From Vicinamibacterales bacterium (lineage in GTDB: Bacteria; Acidobacteriota; Vicinamibacteria; Vicinamibacterales; JAKQTR01): a stretch of DNA of 24,000 bases. A model generated the notes under the pieces. That model was given only the letters and a program-made list of their open reading frames with translations. It searched no databases and was not told the DNA's origin. The stretch spans positions 1 through 24,000 of the forward strand of contig JAWOGY010000234.1 in the NCBI GenBank assembly GCA_046496425.1, in the 5' to 3' direction. The position numbers and the translations under genes are program-made. Shown here in pieces: positions 1 through 7,372 of this stretch (positions within the stretch are counted from its first letter, which is position 1; every line of letters begins with the position of its first letter).

Positions 1-76
1 ATGATATTAATATAACCAAACTTCTAAATTTACAAGAGGAGATTGTTAAACGAGGTATTAACACTGCCATTCGCTC

Positions 77-784
77 ATGCTGCCCGACAGCGAGCCGGCG
101 TACTATTTCTGGCGCGACCGCCGGACGGGCGCGTTGTCGCGCCGCTCGGAGTGGTTCGTCGCGCGATCGCCCGAGGTGCGCATCGGCGGCCGCCGCGTGT
201 CCCACCTGATCTCCGTCGCACTGCCGCGCTTCTGCGACCAGACGCTGAGAGACACCCACAAGGAGGGCGTCTACGGCCGTGGGAAGGAGTGGGTGGCCAA
301 GCTCGATACGATCGTGCACGAGCTCTACCACGTGGACCCGCACCAGGGAGGCATCCGCCGGAGCGTGAAAGCGGACGGCAGCCCCGCCGGGCAGACGCAC
401 ACGCCGCAGTTCTTTCGAGAGGTCCAGGGCATCGTGCGGGAATACGTGGCCGGCCGGCCCGACCCGGCCGTGTGGGAGTTTCTCACCCTGGACTTCGACG
501 GCCTGGTGAAGCGGTATGGCGGCGTGGCCGGCACCACCTTCCGCGAGTTCCCCGCGTTTCCGCAGCGCTACCGCGAGCGGCTGGCCGACCAGCCCCGCGG
601 GCCGCGCGCCGCCCAGATCGTGCCGCTGCCGCAGCGGCCGCCCCGGCGGCACTTCACCGAAGCCGACCTGGTGATGCGCCAGTTCCTGCCCGGAGCGACG
701 CGGCGGCTCGCACGGGGTCAGACCCCGAGTCCGGGCTCTGACCCCGACACGCGCCGCGCCGCCACGAACCGCGACGCCCAGTAA
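77..784 (+). CDS. HExxH zincin-like metallopeptidase-family protein, function unknown
   Basis: 235-aa ORF starting at the first in-frame ATG after a TAA at 59-61. Contains IVHELYHVDPH (HExxH motif). Composition matches neighbouring genes. The 3' end overlaps the convergent NlpC/P60 gene by 67 nt (718-784). Confidence 0.5.
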   Translation: MLPDSEPAYYFWRDRRTGALSRRSEWFVARSPEVRIGGRRVSHLISVALPRFCDQTLRDTHKEGVYGRGKEWVAKLDTIVHELYHVDPHQGGIRRSVKADGSPAGQTHTPQFFREVQGIVREYVAGRPDPAVWEFLTLDFDGLVKRYGGVAGTTFREFPAFPQRYRERLADQPRGPRAAQIVPLPQRPPRRHFTEADLVMRQFLPGATRRLARGQTPSPGSDPDTRRAATNRDAQ

Positions 785-1275
785 CCGGCCGACATCGACT
801 CGACCCGCACGAGGTCGCCGCGTTTCGGCGCGTGGATGAAGCGGCCGTCGCCCGTCGCGATGCCCACGTGCGTCGGGCCCGAGCCCGTCGTGGCGAAGAA
901 GACGAGGTCGCCCGGCAGGATCTCGCCGCGGGGCACGTCGATGCCGAAGGCGGCCTGCCGCCGGACGTCGCGCGGCACGGCGATGCCCTGGCGCGCGAAG
1001 ATCCACGTCACCAGGCCGCTGCAGTCGAACCCGTCCGGCAGCGCGCCGCCCTCGCGGTAGGGCGCGCCAATCATGGTTTCCGCGAGGCGCACCGCCTCGA
1101 AGCCGGCGGCGGCGGGCTTCGGCGCGGGCGGTGCGGCTGGCGCGGGCTCGTACGCGCCCGCCGGCAGCACCGGCGGCAGCACCCGGATCCGCGGCTGGTG
1201 CTCCGCGCAGGCGGACGCGACGCTTGCCGCCACGGCCGCCGCAAGCACCGTCCTGATGCGTCCTGACATGGTCAT
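718..1275 (-). CDS. NlpC/P60 (C40 family) cell-wall peptidase, probable secreted protein or lipoprotein
   Basis: The C-terminal domain carries the NlpC/P60 signature DCSGLVTWIF...GDLVFF...THVGIATGDGRFIHAP. I chose the start MTMSGRIRTVLAAAVAASVASAC (ATG at 1275, GGAGAGAG upstream) because it gives a signal peptide ending in Cys. The 258-aa track ORF extends further upstream into Arg-rich sequence. Confidence 0.85.
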   Translation of the reverse strand: MTMSGRIRTVLAAAVAASVASACAEHQPRIRVLPPVLPAGAYEPAPAAPPAPKPAAAGFEAVRLAETMIGAPYREGGALPDGFDCSGLVTWIFARQGIAVPRDVRRQAAFGIDVPRGEILPGDLVFFATTGSGPTHVGIATGDGRFIHAPKRGDLVRVESMSAGYWASRFVAARRVSGSEPGLGV

Positions 1276-1381
1276 CTCTCTCCGGGTATCGGCATCCGCG
1301 CGCGGGCGAAACAGCCCGCCGGCCCGCTCCCGCGGCGGCCGGAAGGGCCCGCCGCAGGCCCGGCCACTGCGCCTCTTGTTA

Positions 1382-1387
1382 TACAAT
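1382..1387 (+). promoter_or_regulatory. -10-like hexamer TACAAT exactly 6 nt upstream of the HNH ATG (possible leaderless transcript)
   Basis: TACAAT at 1382-1387, spacer gcgcgc, ATG at 1394. No Shine-Dalgarno fits in 6 nt. No good -35 was seen. Confidence 0.35.
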
Positions 1388-1393
1388 GCGCGC

Positions 1394-1927
1394 ATGGAGC
1401 AGACGCTCCTCCTCAACGCGTCGTTCGAGCCTCTGAAGGTTGTCCATTGGCAGAAGGCAATCACGCTCCTGTGCCAGGGGAAAGTGGAGGTCATCTCCGT
1501 CTACGACCGCGAGGTCCACAGCGTTTCGATCACGTTCAAGCTGCCGTCGGTCATCCGCCTGCTCCGCTACGTCCGCATCCGGCACCGGTTCGACTACGTG
1601 CCGTTCTCGCGGGCGAACATCTACGCGCGCGACGAGCACACGTGCCAGTATTGCGGCCGCGTCCATCCGACCAGCGAGCTGACGTTCGATCACGTGGTGC
1701 CGGTCGCGATGGGCGGCAAGAAGGACTGGGAGAACATCGTCACCTGCTGCGTGGGGTGCAACCGCCGGAAGGGCGGGCGCACGCCGGCGGGCGCGGGCAT
1801 GCACCTGGTCCGGCTGCCGAAGCGGCCGGCGTCGGCGCCCGCGCTGCGCATCACCATCGGGCTTCGCCAGGCCCCCCAGAGCTGGCGCGACTACCTCTAC
1901 TGGAACGTCGAGCTCGAGGACGATTGA
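1394..1927 (+). CDS. HNH endonuclease family protein (McrA-like small HNH)
   Basis: From MEQTLLLNASFEPLKVV. Carries the HNH-type motif CQYCG...LTFDHVVPVAMGG...WENIVTCCVGCNRRKG. The upstream part of the 284-aa track ORF is Ala/Gly/Arg-rich and antisense to the NlpC/P60 gene, so I reject it. Confidence 0.85.
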   Translation: MEQTLLLNASFEPLKVVHWQKAITLLCQGKVEVISVYDREVHSVSITFKLPSVIRLLRYVRIRHRFDYVPFSRANIYARDEHTCQYCGRVHPTSELTFDHVVPVAMGGKKDWENIVTCCVGCNRRKGGRTPAGAGMHLVRLPKRPASAPALRITIGLRQAPQSWRDYLYWNVELEDD

Positions 1928-1951
1928 CGTCCGCGCCGCCCGAAACCACCC

Positions 1952-2968
1952 GTGCCTGATTCCACCTTATCCCTCGTCGACGCCGTTGAGCCGTCTTCCG
2001 CGCTGGTCGGCGCCCGCGTGACGATCCGCGGCCGCGGCCTCGCGCCTGCGGACGGCGGCCTGCCGGAGGCCCGCGTCGGAGGCGTGCGCGCGCAGGTGGT
2101 GATGGCGTCGCCGTCGCGCATCGGGATCATCGTGCCCGCGAAGGCGGCGCGGGGCCGTCAGGCGGCGGCGGTGGCAGGCGCCGGCGGCCACGCGGATCTG
2201 GACGTGGGGACCCCGATGGTGAGCGGGGTGCACCAGGTGGACAACCCCGCGTTCGGCCACGACGGCATGCTCTACGCGACGTTCAGCGGCACGCGTGGGC
2301 AGCGGGTGCCGGTGTCGGTCTTCCGCGTCCCGGGCGAGGGCGAAAAGGCGCCCTTCCTGACCGAGATCACCAACGCCACCTCGATGGCCTGCGACCGCGA
2401 CGGCGTGCTGCACGTCACGAGCCGCTACGACGGCACGGTACGGAAGATCCATGCCGACGGAACCGCCGACATCGTCGCCCACGACCTCGGCGTGGCCTGC
2501 GGCATCGCGTTCGGGTCGGACGGGACAATGTTCGTCGGCGACCGCAGCGGCACGGTGTTCCGCGTCGGATCGTCGGCCCACGTCGTGCCGTTCGTGTCGC
2601 TTCCTCCGAGCCTGGCGGCATTCCACCTGGCGATGGGCCCGGACGATGCGCTGTATGTGACGGGCCCGACCATGGCCACTTACGATCACGTGTACCGCGT
2701 GGATCGTCAGGGCGCGGTCTCGGTGGTGTCGTCCGAGTTCGGCCGGCCCCAGGGGCTGGCGGTCGACGAGGACGGGACGCTGTACGTGGTGGAGGCGCTC
2801 GCGGGAGGCGCGGGGCTCTACCGCGTGCGGGCCGGGGCCCCGCGCGAGCTCGTCGTCGCCGCCGCCACGCTCGTCGGCGTGGCCATCGACCCGCACGGCG
2901 GGCTCGTCGTGGCCTCGAACGACACGATCTACCGTCTCGACATGGGGCTGAAGCCCTGGAGAGCCTGA
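1952..2968 (+). CDS. IPT/TIG-like N-terminal domain plus NHL/SMP-30-like beta-propeller repeat protein
   Basis: 338-aa ORF with a GTG start. The N-terminus (VGARVTIRGRGL...VRAQVVMASPSRIGIIVP) looks like an IPT/TIG Ig fold. Blade-like repeats follow (DGMLYAT, DGVLHVTS, DGTMFVGD, DDALYVTG, DGTLYVVE, GGLVVAS). No obvious signal peptide. Confidence 0.6.
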   Translation: MPDSTLSLVDAVEPSSALVGARVTIRGRGLAPADGGLPEARVGGVRAQVVMASPSRIGIIVPAKAARGRQAAAVAGAGGHADLDVGTPMVSGVHQVDNPAFGHDGMLYATFSGTRGQRVPVSVFRVPGEGEKAPFLTEITNATSMACDRDGVLHVTSRYDGTVRKIHADGTADIVAHDLGVACGIAFGSDGTMFVGDRSGTVFRVGSSAHVVPFVSLPPSLAAFHLAMGPDDALYVTGPTMATYDHVYRVDRQGAVSVVSSEFGRPQGLAVDEDGTLYVVEALAGGAGLYRVRAGAPRELVVAAATLVGVAIDPHGGLVVASNDTIYRLDMGLKPWRA

Positions 2969-4509
2969 TGAAGCATCTGTTCGCCGTCAAGTCGCTCGAC
3001 CAGATCAAGAGAGACAGCGAGGCGCCGGGCCAGCAGCTGAAGCGGACGCTCGGCCCTGTGCAGCTGACGGCGCTCGGCATCGGGGCCATCATGGGCGCCG
3101 GCATCTTCTCGACGATCGGGTCGGCGGCGGCCGGCGGCGGATCGCACGTGGGCGCCGGGCCCGCCATCATCGCGTCGTTCATCCTGACGGCCGTCGCGTG
3201 CGGGTTCGCGGCGCTGTGCTACGCGGAATTCGCCGCGATGGTCCCGATCTCCGGCTCGGCCTACACCTACGCCTACGCGACGCTGGGAGAAGCGGTGGCC
3301 TGGATCATCGGCTGGGACCTCATCCTCGAGTACGCCGTCGGCAACGTCGCCGTCGCGATTTCCTGGTCGGGCTACTTCCGCGAGCTGCTCGCCGGCTTCG
3401 GCATCTTCATCCCCGGCTGGCTGAGCATCGACTACCCGACGGCGGCGGACGCGGCCGAGCACCTGGCCCAGCTCCAGGCGCAGGGCGGCGATGTGGCCTC
3501 GCTCAGCATCGCCGCCACGCGGGCGGCGGAGGCGTTCGCCTCGGCCCCGATTGTCTTCGGCGTCCCGATCATCCTGAACCTGCCGGCGTTCATGATCGTG
3601 ATGGGCATCACGTGGGTGCTCGTCGTGGGCATCCGCGAGAGCGCGTGGCTGACCGGGGCGCTGGCGGTGCTGAATGTCGCCATCCTGATCTTCTTCTGCG
3701 TGGTCGGCGCCTTCTACGTCGAGCCGTCGAACTGGGTGCCGTTCGCGCCCAACGGCTTCCGCGGCATCTCGAGCGCGGCGGCCATCATCTTCTTCGCCTA
3801 CATCGGCTTCGACGCGGTGTCGACGGCGGCCGAGGAAACGAAGAACCCCCAGCGCGACATGCCCATCGCCATGATCGCCAGCCTGGTCATCAGCACGATC
3901 ATCTACGTCGCCGTCGCCATCGTGCTCACCGGCATGCTGCCGTGGACGCAGCTTGGCACCGCCGAGCCGCTGGCCACGGCGTTTTCGGCCAACAACATCA
4001 CCTGGGCGTCCGGCATCATCGCCTTCGGCGCCGTTTGCGCCACCAGCGGCGTCCTGCTGGTGTTCCAGCTCGGCCAGCCGCGCATCTTCTTCTCGATGGC
4101 GCGCGACGGCCTGCTGCCGAAATGGGCGGCCAGGGTGCACCCCAAGTACCGCACGCCGCACGTCACCACCATCCTCACGGGCGTCATCGTGGCGGTGTGC
4201 GCCACGTTCCTGAACATCAACGAGGTGGTCGAGCTCACCAACATCGGCACGCTCTTCGCCTTCGTGCTGGTGTCGGTCGGAATCCTGATGCTGCGCAAGT
4301 CCGACCCGGACCGGCCGCGCCCGTTCCGCACGCCGCTGGTGCCCTGGGTGCCGCTCATCGCGATCGCCATGTGCTCGTACCTGATGCTTCAGCTGCCCCT
4401 GCTCACCTGGATCCGCTTCGTCCTGTGGCTGGGAGTCGGGCTGGTGATGTACGTCCTGTACGGCATGCGCCACAGCATCCTGCAGAAGCGGCTGGCCGGG
4501 AGGCTCTGA
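2968..4509 (+). CDS. APC-superfamily amino acid permease
   Basis: 513 aa and polytopic. The N-terminus LKRTLGPVQLTALGIGAIMGAGIFSTIG and the segment FFAYIGFDAVSTAAEETKNPQRDMP are typical of amino-acid/cationic amino-acid permeases. The ATG shares one nt with the upstream TGA (TGATG at 2966-2970). Confidence 0.85.
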   Translation: MKHLFAVKSLDQIKRDSEAPGQQLKRTLGPVQLTALGIGAIMGAGIFSTIGSAAAGGGSHVGAGPAIIASFILTAVACGFAALCYAEFAAMVPISGSAYTYAYATLGEAVAWIIGWDLILEYAVGNVAVAISWSGYFRELLAGFGIFIPGWLSIDYPTAADAAEHLAQLQAQGGDVASLSIAATRAAEAFASAPIVFGVPIILNLPAFMIVMGITWVLVVGIRESAWLTGALAVLNVAILIFFCVVGAFYVEPSNWVPFAPNGFRGISSAAAIIFFAYIGFDAVSTAAEETKNPQRDMPIAMIASLVISTIIYVAVAIVLTGMLPWTQLGTAEPLATAFSANNITWASGIIAFGAVCATSGVLLVFQLGQPRIFFSMARDGLLPKWAARVHPKYRTPHVTTILTGVIVAVCATFLNINEVVELTNIGTLFAFVLVSVGILMLRKSDPDRPRPFRTPLVPWVPLIAIAMCSYLMLQLPLLTWIRFVLWLGVGLVMYVLYGMRHSILQKRLAGRL

Positions 4510-4537
4510 CCGGGGCCTGGCGCGGTCAGAGCCTCCC
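4498..4537 (+). terminator. Perfect 14-bp stem-loop spanning the permease stop codon (terminator-like, no U-tract)
   Basis: GGGAGGCTCTGACC (4498-4511), a 12-nt loop, then GGTCAGAGCCTCCC (4524-4537). The TGA stop at 4507-4509 lies in the 5' arm. Confidence 0.5.
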
Positions 4538-4653
4538 GGCCTCGCCGAAGCCCGCCCCGCGAAGCCGAGCGGGCGAAGGCGGGCGGCTTGACAATCAATG
4601 GGCGGAGGGGCATCGTTGAACGTGGGCGCGCCGGCCGCGCCGGGAGCACCAGC

Positions 4654-5181
4654 ATGCGCAGCAATCGCGGATTCACCCTCATCGAGCTCCTGATTGTCGT
4701 CGCCATCATCGGCGTCATCGCCGCCGTGGCCGTCCCCGGCCTGCAGCGCGCGCGCCAGTCGGGCAACGAGACGGCGGCCATCGGGTCGCTGCGCGCCGTC
4801 ACGGGCGCGCAGTCGCTCTACGCCGCCGCGTGCGGCAACGGGTTCTTCTCGCCGTCGCTGTCGAACCTGGGCACGCCGCCGGCCGGGGGCCAGGCCTTCA
4901 TCAGCCCCGACCTCAGCACGGGCAACACGGTCTTCAAGAGCGGCTACCAGGTCACGGTGAGCAGTTCGAGCGGCGTGGCGCCGGACGCGCCGCCGACCTG
5001 CAACGGGCTCGCCGCCGGCGCCGCGATGCAGGGCTTTTTCGCCACGGCCACGCCCTCGGCGGGCGGCGGGACCAAGGCCTTCGGCACGAACACGAACCAC
5101 ACGATCTACTGGGCGACGCAGATGACGGCGCTGGCCATGACCGACGACACGGCCCCGGCCGGCACGTTCTCGATTCAGTAG
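4654..5181 (+). CDS. Prepilin-type N-terminal cleavage/methylation domain protein (type IV pilin or T2SS pseudopilin-like)
   Basis: MRSNRGFTLIELLIVVAIIGVIAAVAVP is the class III signal (G/FTLIE) with a hydrophobic helix. GGGAG lies 7 nt upstream of the ATG at 4654. The track ORF start at 4588 is a TTG inside a TTGACA hexamer. Confidence 0.8.
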   Translation: MRSNRGFTLIELLIVVAIIGVIAAVAVPGLQRARQSGNETAAIGSLRAVTGAQSLYAAACGNGFFSPSLSNLGTPPAGGQAFISPDLSTGNTVFKSGYQVTVSSSSGVAPDAPPTCNGLAAGAAMQGFFATATPSAGGGTKAFGTNTNHTIYWATQMTALAMTDDTAPAGTFSIQ

Positions 5182-5200
5182 GATTGCGGGCCCGTCCCCC

Positions 5201-7249
5201 TCAGCGCGCCACCTGGATGCGCACGTAGTCGGTCGCGCCCCCGAGTTCGCGCGCGTCGTTTCCCATGCCCACCGCCGCCGGAACGGCGGCCCCCGTCCAG
5301 ACCAGCTGCACGCGGTTCACGCCCGCCCTCCATGCCGCGGCGTCCGTGGGGAAGTCCACGCGCTGCCAGTCGGCGCCCAGAGGAAAGGGACCGAAACTGC
5401 GGCCGTTGATGCGCACGGCGAGGTTGAGCGACGCCCCGGGATACGAGAACGGCTTCAGCCGGAGCTGGACGATGAGCGGCGCCGGGTGGTCCAGCGGCAG
5501 CAGCACCTCGGCGGTGCCCCGCGACAAGCGGGCCGTCGTGCCGTCTGGCTGCGTGTCGGCCTGGTACCAGCCGTCGCCCAGGTACGCCTCGTCGCGCCAG
5601 CCGATGTCCACCCGGCCGTATGGCCTCTCGGGGTCGCCGAGCATGGGGAACGCGAAGAAGTCGTAGCGGAATGGCGCGACGCCTTCACGGGCCGCGTAGG
5701 CCAGGTTGGCCGGGTAGGAAAACGGGTGCCCGAACCAGCGCGAGAGCGTCCGGGCCTGGTCCACGGCGAGGTCGGCGAACGACTGAGGCACGCTCCCGCC
5801 GAACCGCCCCGCCACGCCGGCCGCGATGGCCGTGATGTTCCAGAGAACGAACAGGCCGAGCAGGGCCGTGACGGCCGCCAGCGGCCGCCGCGCGATCCAC
5901 CGCTTCAGGCCGTCGACGGCCGATGCGAGCCCAACGGCGAGCAGCGGCACCGTGCCGTCGAACCGGCGCGCGCCGAAGGCCGCGCCGCCCCACCAGTCCT
6001 CGACCGAGGCGTTGACGTAGACGGCCAGGGCGAACACCGCGAGGGCGAGCCGGCCGAACGACCGGTCCCGGACGGCGAAGACGACAAGCCCCAGCGCCGC
6101 CAGGTAGGTGACGGGCGAGGTGGAGAACAGCCCGTTTCGCGACGACCAGAGCATGCGCACCGGGTCGGGGCTGAGCCACAGCATCTTCGGCGAGAGGGGC
6201 GACACCGCGATCGGCGAGCCGTAGATGGCGTTCCATGCGACAAGCTGCGGCAGGAAGGCGACAAGCACGCAGGCGCCGAACAGCGCGCCGTGCAGCAGCG
6301 CAGTTCGCCGCTCTCGCGCGCCCGGGCCGGCGGCGAGCGCCGCGGCGATCTCCCAGGCCGGGAAGGCCATGAAGACGAGGTTCTGCCAGCGGATGGCCAG
6401 CATGAGGCCGCCGAGCAGCCCCAGCGCCGCCCATTGCCAGGCCGCGCGGCGGCCCCGGGTGACGGCCCACGCGTAGATGAACGCGGCCACGGCGCACATC
6501 GACGTCGCGTGCGACATGGTCGGCTCCTTCACGACGTACCAGAGCATGAACGAACCGAGCGCGAGGGCCGCGGTCGAGAGGATGGCGAGGCCGCCCGCGA
6601 AGTGCCGCGCCGCGAGCCGGTAACAGAACCAGAAACCCAGGAGGCCGTAGAACAGGCCGGCGATGCAGATGGCCTGCCGGTATGGATACGACGACCCGTC
6701 GGTGGCCGCCTGCACGCCGCGGGCCGACAGGTAGGCGGCTCCGGCGTGGCCGATGGCGTAGAACGGCATCCAGGCGATGGCCGGGCCCACCGACCAGGCC
6801 GTCTGCGCATAGCCCGTCGCGGTCGGCGTCATGATCGCCTCGCCGCCGATGCCAATGAGGCCGTAGTCGTTGGCGAGGCTGACGTCGTGGTCGTTGACGA
6901 TCGACCGGAGGAAGGCGAAGTAGAAGAACCCGTCGCTCTGAAGCCGCGCCCCAAGGCGCTGCTGGGCCGCGAGGCCCGCCACGAAGAGGGCGCAGAGCGC
7001 GAGCGCGACGGCGCGGTTCATGGTGAGGTCCCGGCGCAGGCGCAGCCAGGCGGCGGCGACGAGGGCCGCCGCCGCGGCGAGCGCCACGAGAACAGCGGCC
7101 GGAGGCGGCGCCGCGCCGGTGACGTTCTGTAGCAGCGACTGGCGGATGACCTGCCGGCCGCCCATCTCGGCGGCGAAGGCGAGGATCGCAAGGGCCGCCA
7201 GCCAGACAGGCCAGGTGGCAGCCAGGCGGCGGGTGCTGGAATCCTTCAC
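5201..7249 (-). CDS. Large polytopic membrane protein, candidate GT-C-fold (ArnT/PMT-like) glycosyltransferase with a C-terminal soluble domain
   Basis: 682 aa with many hydrophobic helices across about 500 aa. It has an early loop with acidic/aromatic residues (QSDGFFYFAFLRSIVNDHDVSLANDY), as in GT-C enzymes, and a non-hydrophobic C-terminal region of about 150 aa. The family assignment rests on architecture only. GTG start. Confidence 0.45.
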   Translation of the reverse strand: MKDSSTRRLAATWPVWLAALAILAFAAEMGGRQVIRQSLLQNVTGAAPPPAAVLVALAAAAALVAAAWLRLRRDLTMNRAVALALCALFVAGLAAQQRLGARLQSDGFFYFAFLRSIVNDHDVSLANDYGLIGIGGEAIMTPTATGYAQTAWSVGPAIAWMPFYAIGHAGAAYLSARGVQAATDGSSYPYRQAICIAGLFYGLLGFWFCYRLAARHFAGGLAILSTAALALGSFMLWYVVKEPTMSHATSMCAVAAFIYAWAVTRGRRAAWQWAALGLLGGLMLAIRWQNLVFMAFPAWEIAAALAAGPGARERRTALLHGALFGACVLVAFLPQLVAWNAIYGSPIAVSPLSPKMLWLSPDPVRMLWSSRNGLFSTSPVTYLAALGLVVFAVRDRSFGRLALAVFALAVYVNASVEDWWGGAAFGARRFDGTVPLLAVGLASAVDGLKRWIARRPLAAVTALLGLFVLWNITAIAAGVAGRFGGSVPQSFADLAVDQARTLSRWFGHPFSYPANLAYAAREGVAPFRYDFFAFPMLGDPERPYGRVDIGWRDEAYLGDGWYQADTQPDGTTARLSRGTAEVLLPLDHPAPLIVQLRLKPFSYPGASLNLAVRINGRSFGPFPLGADWQRVDFPTDAAAWRAGVNRVQLVWTGAAVPAAVGMGNDARELGGATDYVRIQVAR

Positions 7250-7255
7250 CCGGCG

Positions 7256-7261
7256 ATTATA
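7256..7261 (-). promoter_or_regulatory. Consensus -10 hexamer TATAAT (minus strand) exactly 6 nt upstream of the GTG start at 7249 (possible leaderless transcript)
   Basis: Plus-strand ATTATA at 7256-7261 is TATAAT on the minus strand. The spacer is 7250-7255 and the GTG is the complement of 7247-7249. Confidence 0.35.
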
Positions 7262-7372
7262 AAGGTGACACCATCCACGCCCCGAACAAGATGAGAGTTC
7301 CTGGGTAACGGTTCCCGCACCGGAAGTGGGACGCGTCGCCTTTTGTATACTGTGCAGCGGAGGACTGGGGCG

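Noticed and set aside
43-741. 232-aa plus-strand ORF in an alternative frame to the HExxH protein
   Set aside because: It is Arg/Pro/Ala-rich and low-complexity with no motif. The overlapping frame starting at 77 carries the HExxH motif and a balanced composition.
1276-1393. GC-rich hairpins (for example GCGGGC-N6-GCCCGC) in the NlpC/P60-HNH divergent region as a riboswitch or leader structure
   Set aside because: Short GC stems arise by chance at this base composition, and I recognised no conserved riboswitch core.
4518-4533. Possible sigma-54 promoter (TGGCGC-N5-GAGCC) upstream of the pilin gene
   Set aside because: The -24-like TGGCGC is present but the -12 element lacks the required TGC. 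The sequence is also part of the loop and 3' arm of the 14-bp hairpin.
4588-4616. TTGACA (4588-4593) as the -35 of a pilin promoter, and the TTG at 4588 as the pilin start
   Set aside because: The hexamer 17 nt downstream is CATCGT (3/6 match to TATAAT), so the promoter call is weak. Starting translation at 4588 would add 22 residues before the class III signal peptide, whereas the ATG at 4654 has a GGGAG SD.
2929-5100. 723-aa minus-strand ORF antisense to the permease and pilin genes
   Set aside because: It is extremely rich in Arg/Asp/Gly/Ala/Pro and has no recognisable motif. It lies opposite a convincingly motif-bearing permease. This is a typical shadow ORF caused by stop-codon scarcity in GC-rich DNA.
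5486-7132. 548-aa plus-strand ORF antisense to the GT-C-like membrane protein
   Set aside because: It has the Arg/Gly/Glu/Pro-rich composition typical of an off-frame ORF. The minus-strand product has coherent transmembrane-helix periodicity.
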